NCBI GenBank assembly: GCA_963716745.1
Contig: OY970320.1
Span: forward strand, 1,056,001 to 1,120,000
Direction of reading: 5' to 3'
Length of the DNA stretch: 64,000 bases
From: an uncultured Gemmatimonadaceae bacterium
Lineage (GTDB): Bacteria; Gemmatimonadota; Gemmatimonadetes; Gemmatimonadales; Gemmatimonadaceae
Positions 32,237 to 41,860 of this stretch are shown piece after piece. The position numbers and the translations under genes are program-made. How positions within the stretch are numbered: position 1 is the first letter of the stretch; the number at the start of each line of letters is the position of its first letter. The notes beneath the pieces were generated by a model. The model was not told the origin of the DNA and ran no database searches. It saw only the letters and a program-made list of their open reading frames with translations.

Positions 32237-33943
32237 TCAGTTGCTCTGGTGCGTCTGCTGCATCTGCCTCAGGATCCCATCGAGGTTGTACGTCTCAGGC
32301 GCCTGGAGCGGCGGGAACATCTTGTACGTTTCGAGCTCCTTCAGCCACAACAGCTGGCCGACCGGAAGCAGGTTCCAGTCGTATAGGTAAGCCGTAGTGG
32401 GCGAAGCGAGCGCGCCGCCGTATGAGAGAACGGACTTCTGCCCATCGCCCACGGCCTGCTCGAACGGATCGCGCCGGATGTTGTCGATCTGCGTCCAATG
32501 ATACGTCACCGGTGGCGCGAGCGCCGCGGCGCCGCTCGAACCGGCCATGGTATAATAGAACTTCCAATTCTTATATCGCACCGCCGACGGCGTCGCGTCC
32601 GCGTAGTAGAAGAACGTATTGCGCATCGAGCTGTCCGACTTCCCAAGCAGATAGTCGGTCTGGTCCACGCCGTCGAGCATCGTCTTCACGATGCCGGGAT
32701 ACTGGCCCGCCATGATCTGCTTATTCAGCGCGTCACCCTTGGGACCTCCGGCGATGTCCACGAGTGTGGGCAGCCAGTCCAGCGAAGCGAACATTTCAGT
32801 CAGGAGCGTGCCCGGCTTGATGTGCCCGGGCCACCGCACGACCATCGGCACGCGCATGCCGCCTTCCCACGTCGTGAGCTTCTGCCCCTTGAACGGCGTC
32901 GTGCCTCCGTCGGGGAACGTCTGCGTCTCGGCGCCATTGTCCGTGGTGAACGCAACAATCGTGTTGTCGAGCTGTCCCATCTCCTCGAGCTTCTTGATGA
33001 CGAGACCGATGTTGTCGTCCATCTGCTTCATGCCGGCCTCGTTGATCCCCCAATCCTTGCCGCCCGGCTCGCCGATCATGGCCTGGTACTTCGGCGACAA
33101 CATGGTGGTGATGTGCATGCGCGCGGGATTGTACCACACGAAGAAGGGCTTGCCCGTCTTCTTCGGATCGTTGCGGTCGAGGAAGTCGATCACGTGGGAC
33201 GAGATCTCCTCGTCCACGCCCCGCGAGCGCTCCAAGGTGAGCGGACCTTCATCCTTGCAGGTCTGATTGGCCTCGGTGCCATCCGATGATGTGCAGAGGA
33301 GCATCGGACGCGGCGGCGTGAGACACGTCGTCGTCATCGGGTCCACCGAGCCAGGGACTTCCGCGATCCCCTTGATCGGCGTGTTCTTGCACGGCGGTGC
33401 GAAGCCCTGCAACAGGGGCGTCTTGTTGATGTCGGGGAAGCTGACCTGCTCCATCGCGTCCAAGTGGTACAGATAGCCGAAGAATTCCTGGAAGCCGTGG
33501 GCCGTGGGCAGCGCGGCCGTGTGGTCGCCCAGGTGGTTCTTGCCGAACTCGCCGGTGGTGTAGCCCAGGTCATGCAGGAACTTCGCGATCGCCGGCGTGC
33601 CGGGCCGCAGATACGACGGGCTGCCGGGCAGCTGCGGCGGGATCATCCCCGTGCGGAGCGGGTGCATGCCGGTGAAGAACGCATTGCGTCCCGAGGTGCA
33701 GCTCTGCTCCGCGTAGTAGGTCGTGAACTTTGCACCTTCGCGGCCAATGCGGTCGATGTTCGGCGTCTCGCCGAGGGCCAAGCCTTCGTGGTAGAGACCC
33801 ACCTGCATCCAGCCAATGTCATCGCCCATGATGAACAGAATGTTGGGCTTCGCCGTCTTCGCCTGCGCGCCGGCGGGCGCCACGGCGAGCATCGTCGCCA
33901 TCAGCATCGAGCCGGCCAGCAGCAATTTGGTTCGAGTTCGCAT
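32237..33943 (-). CDS. Arylsulfatase (Cys-type formylglycine)
   Basis: KPNILFIMGDDIG; SCTSGR; GKNHLG; TTDNG; WEGGMRVP. Confidence 0.95.
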   Translation of the reverse strand: MRTRTKLLLAGSMLMATMLAVAPAGAQAKTAKPNILFIMGDDIGWMQVGLYHEGLALGETPNIDRIGREGAKFTTYYAEQSCTSGRNAFFTGMHPLRTGMIPPQLPGSPSYLRPGTPAIAKFLHDLGYTTGEFGKNHLGDHTAALPTAHGFQEFFGYLYHLDAMEQVSFPDINKTPLLQGFAPPCKNTPIKGIAEVPGSVDPMTTTCLTPPRPMLLCTSSDGTEANQTCKDEGPLTLERSRGVDEEISSHVIDFLDRNDPKKTGKPFFVWYNPARMHITTMLSPKYQAMIGEPGGKDWGINEAGMKQMDDNIGLVIKKLEEMGQLDNTIVAFTTDNGAETQTFPDGGTTPFKGQKLTTWEGGMRVPMVVRWPGHIKPGTLLTEMFASLDWLPTLVDIAGGPKGDALNKQIMAGQYPGIVKTMLDGVDQTDYLLGKSDSSMRNTFFYYADATPSAVRYKNWKFYYTMAGSSGAAALAPPVTYHWTQIDNIRRDPFEQAVGDGQKSVLSYGGALASPTTAYLYDWNLLPVGQLLWLKELETYKMFPPLQAPETYNLDGILRQMQQTHQSN

Positions 33944-33967
33944 GATCTCCTCAGTTCCGGTAGACGT

Positions 33968-35656
33968 TTAGTCGTCGATCGCCGGCATCACCTTCACCGG
34001 CTTCTTCGGATCGAGCAACGGCACCGGGTTCCCTGGATTCTTCAGGTTCGGCACGAGATCGTTCAATGCGCCGCCCGGGATGCGCTGGATGTTCGGATAC
34101 TTCATGATCGACATGTCGAACCCGATCAGGACAGGATAGACGAGCGACAGCGCCCAGCCATTGTCTTCGCCGGCGTACTTGCCGGGCGACTCGCCGGGCA
34201 TGCGCAATGCGACGGCGCCATTGAACGTCATGGAGTACTTCTCGTACGGATCCATGGTGAGGTTGTAGATCGCGCCGATCGATCCGAGGTTCTGGTCCGG
34301 GCCCAGCCAGGTGTCCTTAGCGGTGTACAGGTACTTCCAAGCGATATGCACCCACGGCTGCGCCGGGTCGCCGCCAATGTCGGCGCGCATGCCGAGGAAA
34401 TTCTCGCCGTCGATATAGATCCAACTCTCACGCGCCGAGTGCATGGTCTTGCCCGTCACGTAGGCGCTGTTGTCGATGCCATCGAAGTAGATGGGCTTGC
34501 CGGCGTTGTCGGTCCACTCGCCCGTTGGCGGAGGCTTGAGGCCCACCATCGCGGCGACCGTCGGCCACACGTCCATGTGCGACATCATCTCATCGAGATG
34601 CATGCCCGCCGGGATCTTGCCCGGCGCCCACATGATCCCGGGCACGCGCCAACCGCCTTCGAACGCCGTTCCCTTCTCACCGCGGAACGGAACGGTACCG
34701 GCATCCGGATACGCATCCTGCCACGCTCCGTTGTCGGCGCTCACGACCACGATCGTGTTCGGCGCATCGGCGCGGATCGCATCCATGATCTTGCCCATGT
34801 TCGAATCGAGCTCGAGCATCGCATCGGAGTAATTGCCGAGGTGCGACTTGCCGGCGAATTCCTTGGACGGGTGATTCGGGTTGTGCATCTTCATGAAGTT
34901 GACGTCCATGAAGAACGGCTTCGCGTCCTTGGCGTGCTCCTTGATGTACGCGATGGCCGACGCCGTCTGGCGCACATCGAATTCCGCGAGCGACTCCCAC
35001 GTGATCAGCTCGCCCTTCACTGCGGGTTTACCGGCCGTCCCCGACCACTCGTGCAGGTTCACGGCGTCCTGGTACATCTTCCAGAATTCCCCATTGTACA
35101 GCGGGAACCACGGGTGCATATGTGCCGACGTGTCGCTGTACGTGTATACGCCGGGATAATACGCCGCGAAGTTCCGCATCTCGTCGAAGCCGTGCTCGAT
35201 CGGATAGAACTCCGGCTTGTCGCCGAGATGCCACTTGCCGGAGAAGTACGTCTGGTAGCCGTTCTTCTTGAAGAACTCGGCGATCGTGGGCGTCTCCTTG
35301 TGCAGGCCGTTCTCGTCGCCCGGCGCCACCACGATCGAGAGCGCCGAGCGAATCGGAATACGCCCCGTGATGAAGGATGCGCGGCCGGCGGTGCAGCTGG
35401 CCTGGCCATACCAGTTCGTGAAGTAGGTGCCTTCCTTCGCAATGCGGTCGATGTTCGGCGTGGGGTGGCCGAGCGCGGCGCCGCCGCCCGACATGTAGCC
35501 CCAGTCGCCCCATCCGGTGTCGTCCGTCATCAGCATGACAATGTTCGGCTTCTTGGCCGACCCTTGCGCATGCGCCGCGACAGGCGCGGCAATGATCACG
35601 GCCGCGGCCAGCGCGGCAATGCGCATCACGCTGCTTCGAACTTCCGGCATTCGCAT
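33968..35656 (-). CDS. Arylsulfatase (Cys-type formylglycine)
   Basis: KPNIVMLMTDDTG; SCTAGR; GKWHLG; SADNG; FEGGWRVP. Confidence 0.95.
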   Translation of the reverse strand: MRMPEVRSSVMRIAALAAAVIIAAPVAAHAQGSAKKPNIVMLMTDDTGWGDWGYMSGGGAALGHPTPNIDRIAKEGTYFTNWYGQASCTAGRASFITGRIPIRSALSIVVAPGDENGLHKETPTIAEFFKKNGYQTYFSGKWHLGDKPEFYPIEHGFDEMRNFAAYYPGVYTYSDTSAHMHPWFPLYNGEFWKMYQDAVNLHEWSGTAGKPAVKGELITWESLAEFDVRQTASAIAYIKEHAKDAKPFFMDVNFMKMHNPNHPSKEFAGKSHLGNYSDAMLELDSNMGKIMDAIRADAPNTIVVVSADNGAWQDAYPDAGTVPFRGEKGTAFEGGWRVPGIMWAPGKIPAGMHLDEMMSHMDVWPTVAAMVGLKPPPTGEWTDNAGKPIYFDGIDNSAYVTGKTMHSARESWIYIDGENFLGMRADIGGDPAQPWVHIAWKYLYTAKDTWLGPDQNLGSIGAIYNLTMDPYEKYSMTFNGAVALRMPGESPGKYAGEDNGWALSLVYPVLIGFDMSIMKYPNIQRIPGGALNDLVPNLKNPGNPVPLLDPKKPVKVMPAIDD

Positions 35657-35921
35657 GTTCGTATCCTCGTCAATTTTCGTTGGGAGCGATCCGGCGGGGG
35701 ACGCCAGCCTGTCTTACCGCGTACAATAGAACAGGTCTCGAAACAGCCCGGCAATACGACCAAAGGACTACGAGATGCTGGTATCGAAATCGCGGCCCTT
35801 AGCATGGTAACGAACGAGCCACGTCGCAAGCCGCGCGCCCGGCCGGAGCGCACGCGCCGCCGATAGCGCCTCACCCCGGGGGCGACTAGCGTAGTGCGTC
35901 ACCTTTTCACTGGGAGGAGCC

Positions 35922-36353
35922 ATGAACCGGAAAGCGCTTCAGATCCTGGTCCTGACCGCCGCGCTGGGCATGCTGAGTTCGGCGTTGGCCGCACAGAACC
36001 CGCCGCCGAAGAAGCCGCCGGCCCCTCCGGAGCGCCACGCGCCGCCCCCGCCACCGCCGCCGACCGGCGCAGCCGGATCGGGACCTCCGTGTCACGGCTC
36101 CGATGTCGCCCAGTATCTGCAGTCGCCGAAGACGCTCATGACGACCTGCCTGCACCGAATGGTCCAGCTCGGGACGGACACGAACGACTACACCGTGATG
36201 TCCGTGACCGATGCCGGGTTCGTGCTCGCTAGATCGGAGGCTGGCAACGAAAGAAACGGAAGCCCGGTCATGACGAAATTCGTACCGTGGAGCGCGGTGC
36301 TCTACTACAACATGATGCCGGAGTTCGTGCAGGTCGCGCTGGTGCGGCAATGA
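35922..36353 (+). CDS. Secreted hypothetical protein, paralog of 36900-37346
   Basis: GGAGG RBS; signal peptide; Pro-rich linker; VTDAGFVLAR and FVPWSAVLY motifs. Confidence 0.8.
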   Translation: MNRKALQILVLTAALGMLSSALAAQNPPPKKPPAPPERHAPPPPPPPTGAAGSGPPCHGSDVAQYLQSPKTLMTTCLHRMVQLGTDTNDYTVMSVTDAGFVLARSEAGNERNGSPVMTKFVPWSAVLYYNMMPEFVQVALVRQ

Positions 36354-36844
36354 TGCGCGCCGCGGTAGTCGCGCTTGCGGCGGTCGCGATCGTGGCGGCG
36401 CGGTCGGTGGGGCAGCAGCCAGTGCCACCCAACCGGTTCCCCACGAACGCGGACGTTTCCGCGAACGTGACCACGCTGCATCCGGACTCGGCGAGAGCCG
36501 GCCAGCGGTTCGACATCACCGTCGAAGTGACGAACAACGGGCCGCAAGCCGTGGGTGCGATCGAACTCACGCTCGAGCCCACCCTGCTCGTGATCCGGAA
36601 CGTCACCGCGAGCGGACACACGCTCTCGTGCAAGAAAGGCGCCTCGCAGGCCAAGGTGCCGCCGATCACGTGCGAGTTTACGGGAACGCTGAACGTGCAC
36701 GCCCACGTGGACATCGTCGTGACGACGACCGTGACCGGCAAGAACGGTGAATTCGCGAAGCTGTCGGCCACGGTGAAGGGCGCGGCCAACGATCCGGCGC
36801 TGGCGAACAACAGAGTCACGAGGAACTTCAGCATCAGCAATTAG
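36350..36844 (+). CDS. Secreted DUF11-type Ig-like domain protein
   Basis: ADVSANVT..AG...ITVEVTNNGP...DPALANN; ATGA overlap with upstream stop. Confidence 0.75.
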   Translation: MMRAAVVALAAVAIVAARSVGQQPVPPNRFPTNADVSANVTTLHPDSARAGQRFDITVEVTNNGPQAVGAIELTLEPTLLVIRNVTASGHTLSCKKGASQAKVPPITCEFTGTLNVHAHVDIVVTTTVTGKNGEFAKLSATVKGAANDPALANNRVTRNFSISN

Positions 36845-36899
36845 CGCGCGGCGCCCGGAGCGGCTACCGTAGGAGTTCACCCTCCTACGGAGCCGAGCC

Positions 36900-37346
36900 A
36901 TGCATCGGAACGCGCTTGAAACGCTCGTCGTGATCGCCGCCGCAGCTACGTTCGCCCTCGGTGTGCGCGCGCAGACCGCGGCGAAGACCGCAAAGCCGGC
37001 GACCGCCGTGAGAACGACGGTCCCGCCGCCGGCCCCCGCTCCCGCGCCGCAGGGCGGATCCGCGAACGCCAGCTGTCGCTCGACGGATCTGACCGGCCAA
37101 TGGACCTCGACGCGCGCGCTCATGACGCGCTGCCTCAACAAGGTGATCATATTCGGCTCGGACCCGAGCAGCTACAGCGTGACGGCCGTGACCGACGCCG
37201 GCTTCGTTGTCGCGCGCGTGAACATCGAGGCCAGCGGCCAGGCGCACAACCAGAAAGTCACGCGGTTCATCCCGTGGTCGTCAGTATTGTACTTCGCCAC
37301 CCTCGGAGATTTTGTGGATATCGTCCTCGTACGCGAGCCGACATGA
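36900..37346 (+). CDS. Secreted hypothetical protein, paralog of 35922-36353
   Basis: Signal peptide; Pro-rich linker; VTDAGFVVAR and FIPWSSVLY motifs. Confidence 0.8.
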   Translation: MHRNALETLVVIAAAATFALGVRAQTAAKTAKPATAVRTTVPPPAPAPAPQGGSANASCRSTDLTGQWTSTRALMTRCLNKVIIFGSDPSSYSVTAVTDAGFVVARVNIEASGQAHNQKVTRFIPWSSVLYFATLGDFVDIVLVREPT

Positions 37347-38690
37347 TCACTCATTGCCGGTCGACCATGCCAATCATGTCGATCCTGTCAAAGCAGTTCT
37401 TTGACAGGATCAACATGATCTACGTGGTCGGCGCGCCAATGCTGGCTCTAGTCGTCGCATGCAGCAAGAGCGATTCCACGAGCCCCGGCGGGACCACCGG
37501 GACTCTCGCCATCACGATCACCGCGCCGGGCGGCGTGACGCCCAAGGTGACGGTGCTCGGCCCGGCCGGCTACCGCATGGTCATCACGTCGACCCAAACA
37601 CTCAACTCGCTCGCGCCGGGCAGCTACACGATCTACGCCGGCGCGGGCGCGACCACCGATCCGATCGTCGGCACGGGATACGCCGGCACGGTGACAGGCA
37701 GTCCCGCCACCGTCGCCGCCAATGCCCAGTCCGACGCAAGCGTGACGTACGCATCGGCATGGCGCAGCGCGGGTGTGCTCTGGGTGGCGAACGAAGTGGG
37801 TCTCACGATCTCCGGATTCTCTTCGGCGAATCTTGCGCACACCGGCGCGCCGACGCCCGCCGTGGTGATCGGGAACGGCACCAGCACGAGCGCGGCGCGC
37901 GCTAGTATTGCGCTCGCGCTGGATGATGCCGGCGGTCTCTGGGAGAGCAGCATCACCGACACGCTGCGCTATTGGACCGCCGCGCAGATCGCGAACAGCA
38001 CGAATGCGGCGCCGAGGATCATCGTGGTGCCCTCATTGCAGTCGCCCACCGCGCTCGCCATCGATGCGCAGGGCGATCTGTGGGTGGCCGACCAGTACGG
38101 GAACACGCTGAACGAATTCACCGCGAGCCAGATCGCAACGAGCCGGCACGAAGACGCCCGCCGTCGTCATCAGTGCGGCCTTCGGCACCATCATGCGGCC
38201 ATGGGCCCTCGCGTTCAATGCGCTCGGCAACCTGTGGGTGGCGAACCTCAATGGGAATTCGGTGGCCGGCTTCGCGGCGGCCGATCTCACGACGACCGGC
38301 TCACCGCTGCCGTTCGCCGGGATCACCGGAGCACAGGGCGTCCACAAACCCGTCGGGCTCGCGTTCGACGCGCAGGGCAATCTTTGGGTGGGCACCGTGC
38401 TCGATTCGCTGTCGCGTTTCAACGCGAGCGACCTCACGGCGATCGGGTCGCCCACGCCCACGGTGATCCTCTCGGGCGTGTTGCTCCAGAGCGAGTACGG
38501 ACTGGCGATCGACAACAGCGGCGCGTTGTGGGTGGCGAGTTGGCAGACGAACACGCTGTTGCGGTACGACGCGAACCACCTCACGACGGGAGCCTTGCCC
38601 GACGCGACGATCAGCAAGACGGGGGCATCGATCGCTTTCCCCACGGGGATCGCATTCTCGCCGGCGTGGGGGCAACTGCCGGTGCATTGA
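37343..38690 (+). CDS. Lipoprotein with NHL/beta-propeller repeats (frameshift ~38140; start 37343 or 37439)
   Basis: LALVVAC lipobox; repeated (L/I)A(F/I)D..G.LWV units. Confidence 0.8.
37362..37430. repeat. Repeat family B doublet 1
   Basis: atcatgtcgatcctgtcaaag-cagtt-ctttgacaggatcaacatgat. Confidence 0.9.
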
Positions 38691-38703
38691 GGCGGTTCAA
38701 CTA

Positions 38704-38770
38704 CATCGCGTACATCATTTGCATTGTGTCAACGAACTGCTTGACAGGATTGACATGATGGACACGAATG
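38704..38770. repeat. Repeat family B doublet 2 (left arm degenerate)
   Basis: tgtcaacgaactgcttgacaggattgacatgatggacac; centre resembles the reverse complement of doublet 1. Confidence 0.85.
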
Positions 38771-39191
38771 CGGGCGCGCCGTTCATAACTCCGCGCGCGC
38801 GGATCCGGGGCAGACGGTGCTTGCGTTTGAACTGCAGTCGCTCGGCGCCGAAGTTGAGTAGCAGGCCGACCTCCAAGCCAGTAGCAGTCAAATAATGCAC
38901 GAGTTGCATCTCGTGCGCCTTGTTCAACACATCTACTGCCTTCAGTTCCAGGATCACGGTACCCTGCACCGTGATGTCGGCGATATACTCGCCGACGGAT
39001 TGACCCTCATACACGACGGCGATCCGTCGCTCTCCGTCGGATTGGATCCCGGCGCGCCGCAGTTCCAGTAGGAGAGCCCTTCGATACACGATCTCGAGGA
39101 ATCCGGGTCCGAGCGTGCGGTGGACCTTCATCGCGAGCCCGATAACGCGCCCCGTCAGCGGATCATCGTGCGCAGTCCCCATCATGTCCAT
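38715..39191 (-). CDS. GxxExxY protein (PD-(D/E)xK nuclease fold)
   Basis: VHRTLGPGFLEIVY; YIADITV..VILELKAV; QLVHYL.ATG..VGLLLNFG. Confidence 0.95.
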   Translation of the reverse strand: MDMMGTAHDDPLTGRVIGLAMKVHRTLGPGFLEIVYRRALLLELRRAGIQSDGERRIAVVYEGQSVGEYIADITVQGTVILELKAVDVLNKAHEMQLVHYLTATGLEVGLLLNFGAERLQFKRKHRLPRIRARGVMNGAPAFVSIMSILSSSSLTQCK

Positions 39192-39269
39192 CGTGTTAAT
39201 CCTGTCGAGCTGTTTCTTAGTACCGGCGAGATAAGGGCTTTGACAGGATTAACATGATTGACATGATGG
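39179..39269. repeat. Repeat family B doublet 3
   Basis: catcatgtccatcgtgttaatcctgtc-35 nt-gacaggattaacatgattgacatgatg. Confidence 0.9.
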
Positions 39270-39362
39270 ACGACCTCAGCATCGATCCGATGCGCCAGTC
39301 ATCGCTCGGCGCTGCACCCCGAGAGTGAACCTTGGATGGCACGTCGGACGTACGGGATTCTC

Positions 39363-39836
39363 ATGAGACTCGCCACGGTCACCATCCTCGCGCTGCTTGC
39401 CGCGCTGGCGCCGTTGCGCGCGCCGAGCATCGCCTGCCCCGCGAGCGACGCCGCCGCGTTCGCGTGGTGGCCGGGGACGTGGAGCTATTCCGTGCCGCAC
39501 TTCGATCCGGGGGTCACGACGGTGACGGCGACGAGCGGCGGCTGCGTGCTGCACGAGGAGTTCGTGGACATTCGCGACAACAAGGCGCACACCACGATCG
39601 AGTACGACGCCGCCGCGAGGATCTGGAAGCGTACCGTGACGGATCCCTTTCGCACCTATCATTCCACGGGAACATTCTCGCCCGACGGCACGATCGCGTT
39701 CTACGAGACGCTCACGGATCGCGAGAGCTACCGCCCCATCGACCACGATCACGTGCGATTCTTCGGCGAGAAATCGACCGATGACGGTAAGACATGGACG
39801 CTTCTCTTCGACGCGACCTATTCGCGGCGCCCCTGA
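39363..39836 (+). CDS. Secreted hypothetical beta-rich protein
   Basis: Signal peptide; C...FAWWPGTW; GGCVLHEEF; STDDGKTW..LFD..Y.R. Confidence 0.75.
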   Translation: MRLATVTILALLAALAPLRAPSIACPASDAAAFAWWPGTWSYSVPHFDPGVTTVTATSGGCVLHEEFVDIRDNKAHTTIEYDAAARIWKRTVTDPFRTYHSTGTFSPDGTIAFYETLTDRESYRPIDHDHVRFFGEKSTDDGKTWTLLFDATYSRRP

Positions 39837-39859
39837 GAACGGACTCGAGCAGAGTCGCA

Positions 39860-39959
39860 GTTCCAATCATGTCAATCACGTTAATCCTGTCTAGTTGTTT
39901 ACTTGGACCGGTCGAATGAAGGCATGCGACAGGATTAACATGATTGACATGATGGGAAC
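39860..39959. repeat. Repeat family B doublet 4
   Basis: aatcatgtcaatcacgttaatcctgtc-36 nt-gacaggattaacatgattgacatgatg; spacer similar to doublet 3. Confidence 0.9.
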
Positions 39960-39980
39960 GGCGCCGCTAACCTCTGTACG

Positions 39981-40967
39981 ATGACAGTCATCGCGCCAAC
40001 CTCCACTCTCCCGTCTCTCGCCGAGCTCGAACACGCGAGCGCGATCGTGCATGCGGTGATGCCGCCGACGCCGCAGCAGCGCTGGCCGTTGCTCGACCAG
40101 CGCGCGGGATCCGAGGTGTGGGTCAAGCACGAGAACCAGACACCCGTGGGCGCGTTCAAAGTGCGTGGCGGTCTCGTGTTCTTCCATGACCTCGTCGCGA
40201 GCGGCATCACGGTGCCCGGCGTCGTCACCGCGACGCGCGGCAATCATGGTCAATCGATCGGACTTGCCGCCGCGCGACATGGCATCAAATCCGCGGTGAT
40301 CGTGCCCCACGGAAACAGCACCGAGAAGAATGCCGCCATGCGCGCGATCGGCGTGGAACTCATCGAGCACGGCGGCGATTTCCAGGCGTCGCTCGAGTAC
40401 GCCGCTCGCCTCGCGACGGAGCGCGGATGGTATCGCGTCCCATCGTTCCATCCGTGGCTCGTGCAGGGCGTGGGCACCTACGCGCTGGAATTCCTGCGCG
40501 GCGCGCCGGCGCTCGACACTGTTTACGTGCCGATCGGGCTCGGCTCCGGCATCTGCGGCATGATCGCGGCGCGCGATGCGCTCGAACTCCCCACGGAAAT
40601 CGTTGGCGTCGTCTCATCGCACGCGCCGGCGTATGCGCTCTCGATGGCCGCGGGCGCTCCAGTGGAAGCGCCGGCCACCACGGTGCTCGCGGACGGAATG
40701 GCGTGCCGCATCCCCGTGCCGGCCGCGCTCGACGCGATGCGCGGCAAAGTCGCGCGCGTCATCAGGGTCTCGGATGCCCAGGTGGCCGACGCGATGCGCG
40801 CGCTCTTCAGCGACACGCACAACGTGGCAGAGGGCGCCGGCGCGGCAGCGCTCGCCGCGCTGCTCACCGAGGCGCCCTCTTCGCGCGGCCGCGCCGGCAT
40901 CGTGATCTCCGGCGGCAATGTGGACCGCGAACTATTCGCGCGAGTCCTCTCTGGCGGGAACTGCTGA
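39981..40967 (+). CDS. Threonine dehydratase-like PLP-dependent enzyme
   Basis: VKHENQTPVGAFKVRGG; TRGNHG; VPIGLGSG; EGAGAAALAA; SGGNVD. Confidence 0.92.
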   Translation: MTVIAPTSTLPSLAELEHASAIVHAVMPPTPQQRWPLLDQRAGSEVWVKHENQTPVGAFKVRGGLVFFHDLVASGITVPGVVTATRGNHGQSIGLAAARHGIKSAVIVPHGNSTEKNAAMRAIGVELIEHGGDFQASLEYAARLATERGWYRVPSFHPWLVQGVGTYALEFLRGAPALDTVYVPIGLGSGICGMIAARDALELPTEIVGVVSSHAPAYALSMAAGAPVEAPATTVLADGMACRIPVPAALDAMRGKVARVIRVSDAQVADAMRALFSDTHNVAEGAGAAALAALLTEAPSSRGRAGIVISGGNVDRELFARVLSGGNC

Positions 40968-40969
40968 AG

Positions 40970-41034
40970 GCGCGTGTGGTCGTTGACCTGTGGCAAAGAC
41001 ACCGCCGTTGCCACACGTCAACGACCACACGCGC
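40970..41034. terminator. Hairpin between convergent genes
   Basis: gcgcgtgtggtcgttgacctgtggcaa ... ttgccacacgtcaacgaccacacgcgc. Confidence 0.7.
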
Positions 41035-41043
41035 ATCTGCAGT

Positions 41044-41577
41044 TTATTTGTACGGCTTATATGAGAACTTCTGTCCGCCCACGCTGGCCTCGTACATCAG
41101 GCCGCCCTTCGCGACCGTGAACACCGCGACGCCGCTCGAATACTTCGCGTCGGCACTCGCACCCGCCTTGAGCGCCACAGCGCTCACCTGCGCCGCGAAC
41201 TCGAAGTCCCCCTTCTTGAAGGCCTCGAGCGACTTCTGCGTCTCGAAGAAGATGACCTCCATGTACGACTGTCCACCCAGCTGCAATCCGATCGTGATCT
41301 GGGTCATCGAGCACTCGCCGATCGCGTTGCCGCCCACGAGCAGTTCACCGTCGCCATGCGCACCACCGATGCCGATCGCGCCCTTGCCCACATTGGGCAG
41401 CACCGCGTAGCCCGCCGCCGAGCTGAAGAACTTGGCGATCCCCGGATCCGTCTTCTTGATGTCGGCGATCGCGGCCAGAACATCCGCGTGCTCATCGGCT
41501 CGCACGGTCTTGTGTCCGGCAGCCGCCATGAGTGGCAGCGACAGCACGGCGAGCGCGAGTGATTTCATTGTATGCAT
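41044..41577 (-). CDS. Lipid-binding SYLF/Ysc84 domain protein
   Basis: AGYAVLPNVGKGAIGIGGAHGDG; IGLQLGGQSY.EVIFF; KGGLMYEASVGGQKF. Confidence 0.9.
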   Translation of the reverse strand: MHTMKSLALAVLSLPLMAAAGHKTVRADEHADVLAAIADIKKTDPGIAKFFSSAAGYAVLPNVGKGAIGIGGAHGDGELLVGGNAIGECSMTQITIGLQLGGQSYMEVIFFETQKSLEAFKKGDFEFAAQVSAVALKAGASADAKYSSGVAVFTVAKGGLMYEASVGGQKFSYKPYK

Positions 41578-41665
41578 TTCAAGCCTCCTTGGGTACTCGT
41601 TGAACTACGACCACATCCGAAGGTAGACGCGCAGCGACGATCTTGCAATTCCAGACGTGGGCAAT

Positions 41666-41856
41666 GCGCGTCTAGGCGCGAGTACCGCTGAAACAGCGCG
41701 TGTGGGCCGTAGTACCGCTTGAAAGGCGCGTATAGCAACGGAGCGTGTAGTACGGCATGGCGTGAGTTGGCGAGCGTACTACCAACTCACGCCCTGGAGT
41801 ACCATACGCTCAGTTGCCAGACGCGCCGTTTCAGTGGTACTAGGGCCTACACACGC
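41666..41856. repeat. Repeat family C copy 1 (~160-bp palindrome plus extra partial arm 41666-41695)
   Basis: gcgcgtgtgggcc..gtaccgcttgaa..gcgtgagttgg-loop-ccaactcacgc..ggtactagggcctacac. Confidence 0.9.
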
Positions 41857-41860
41857 ACCT

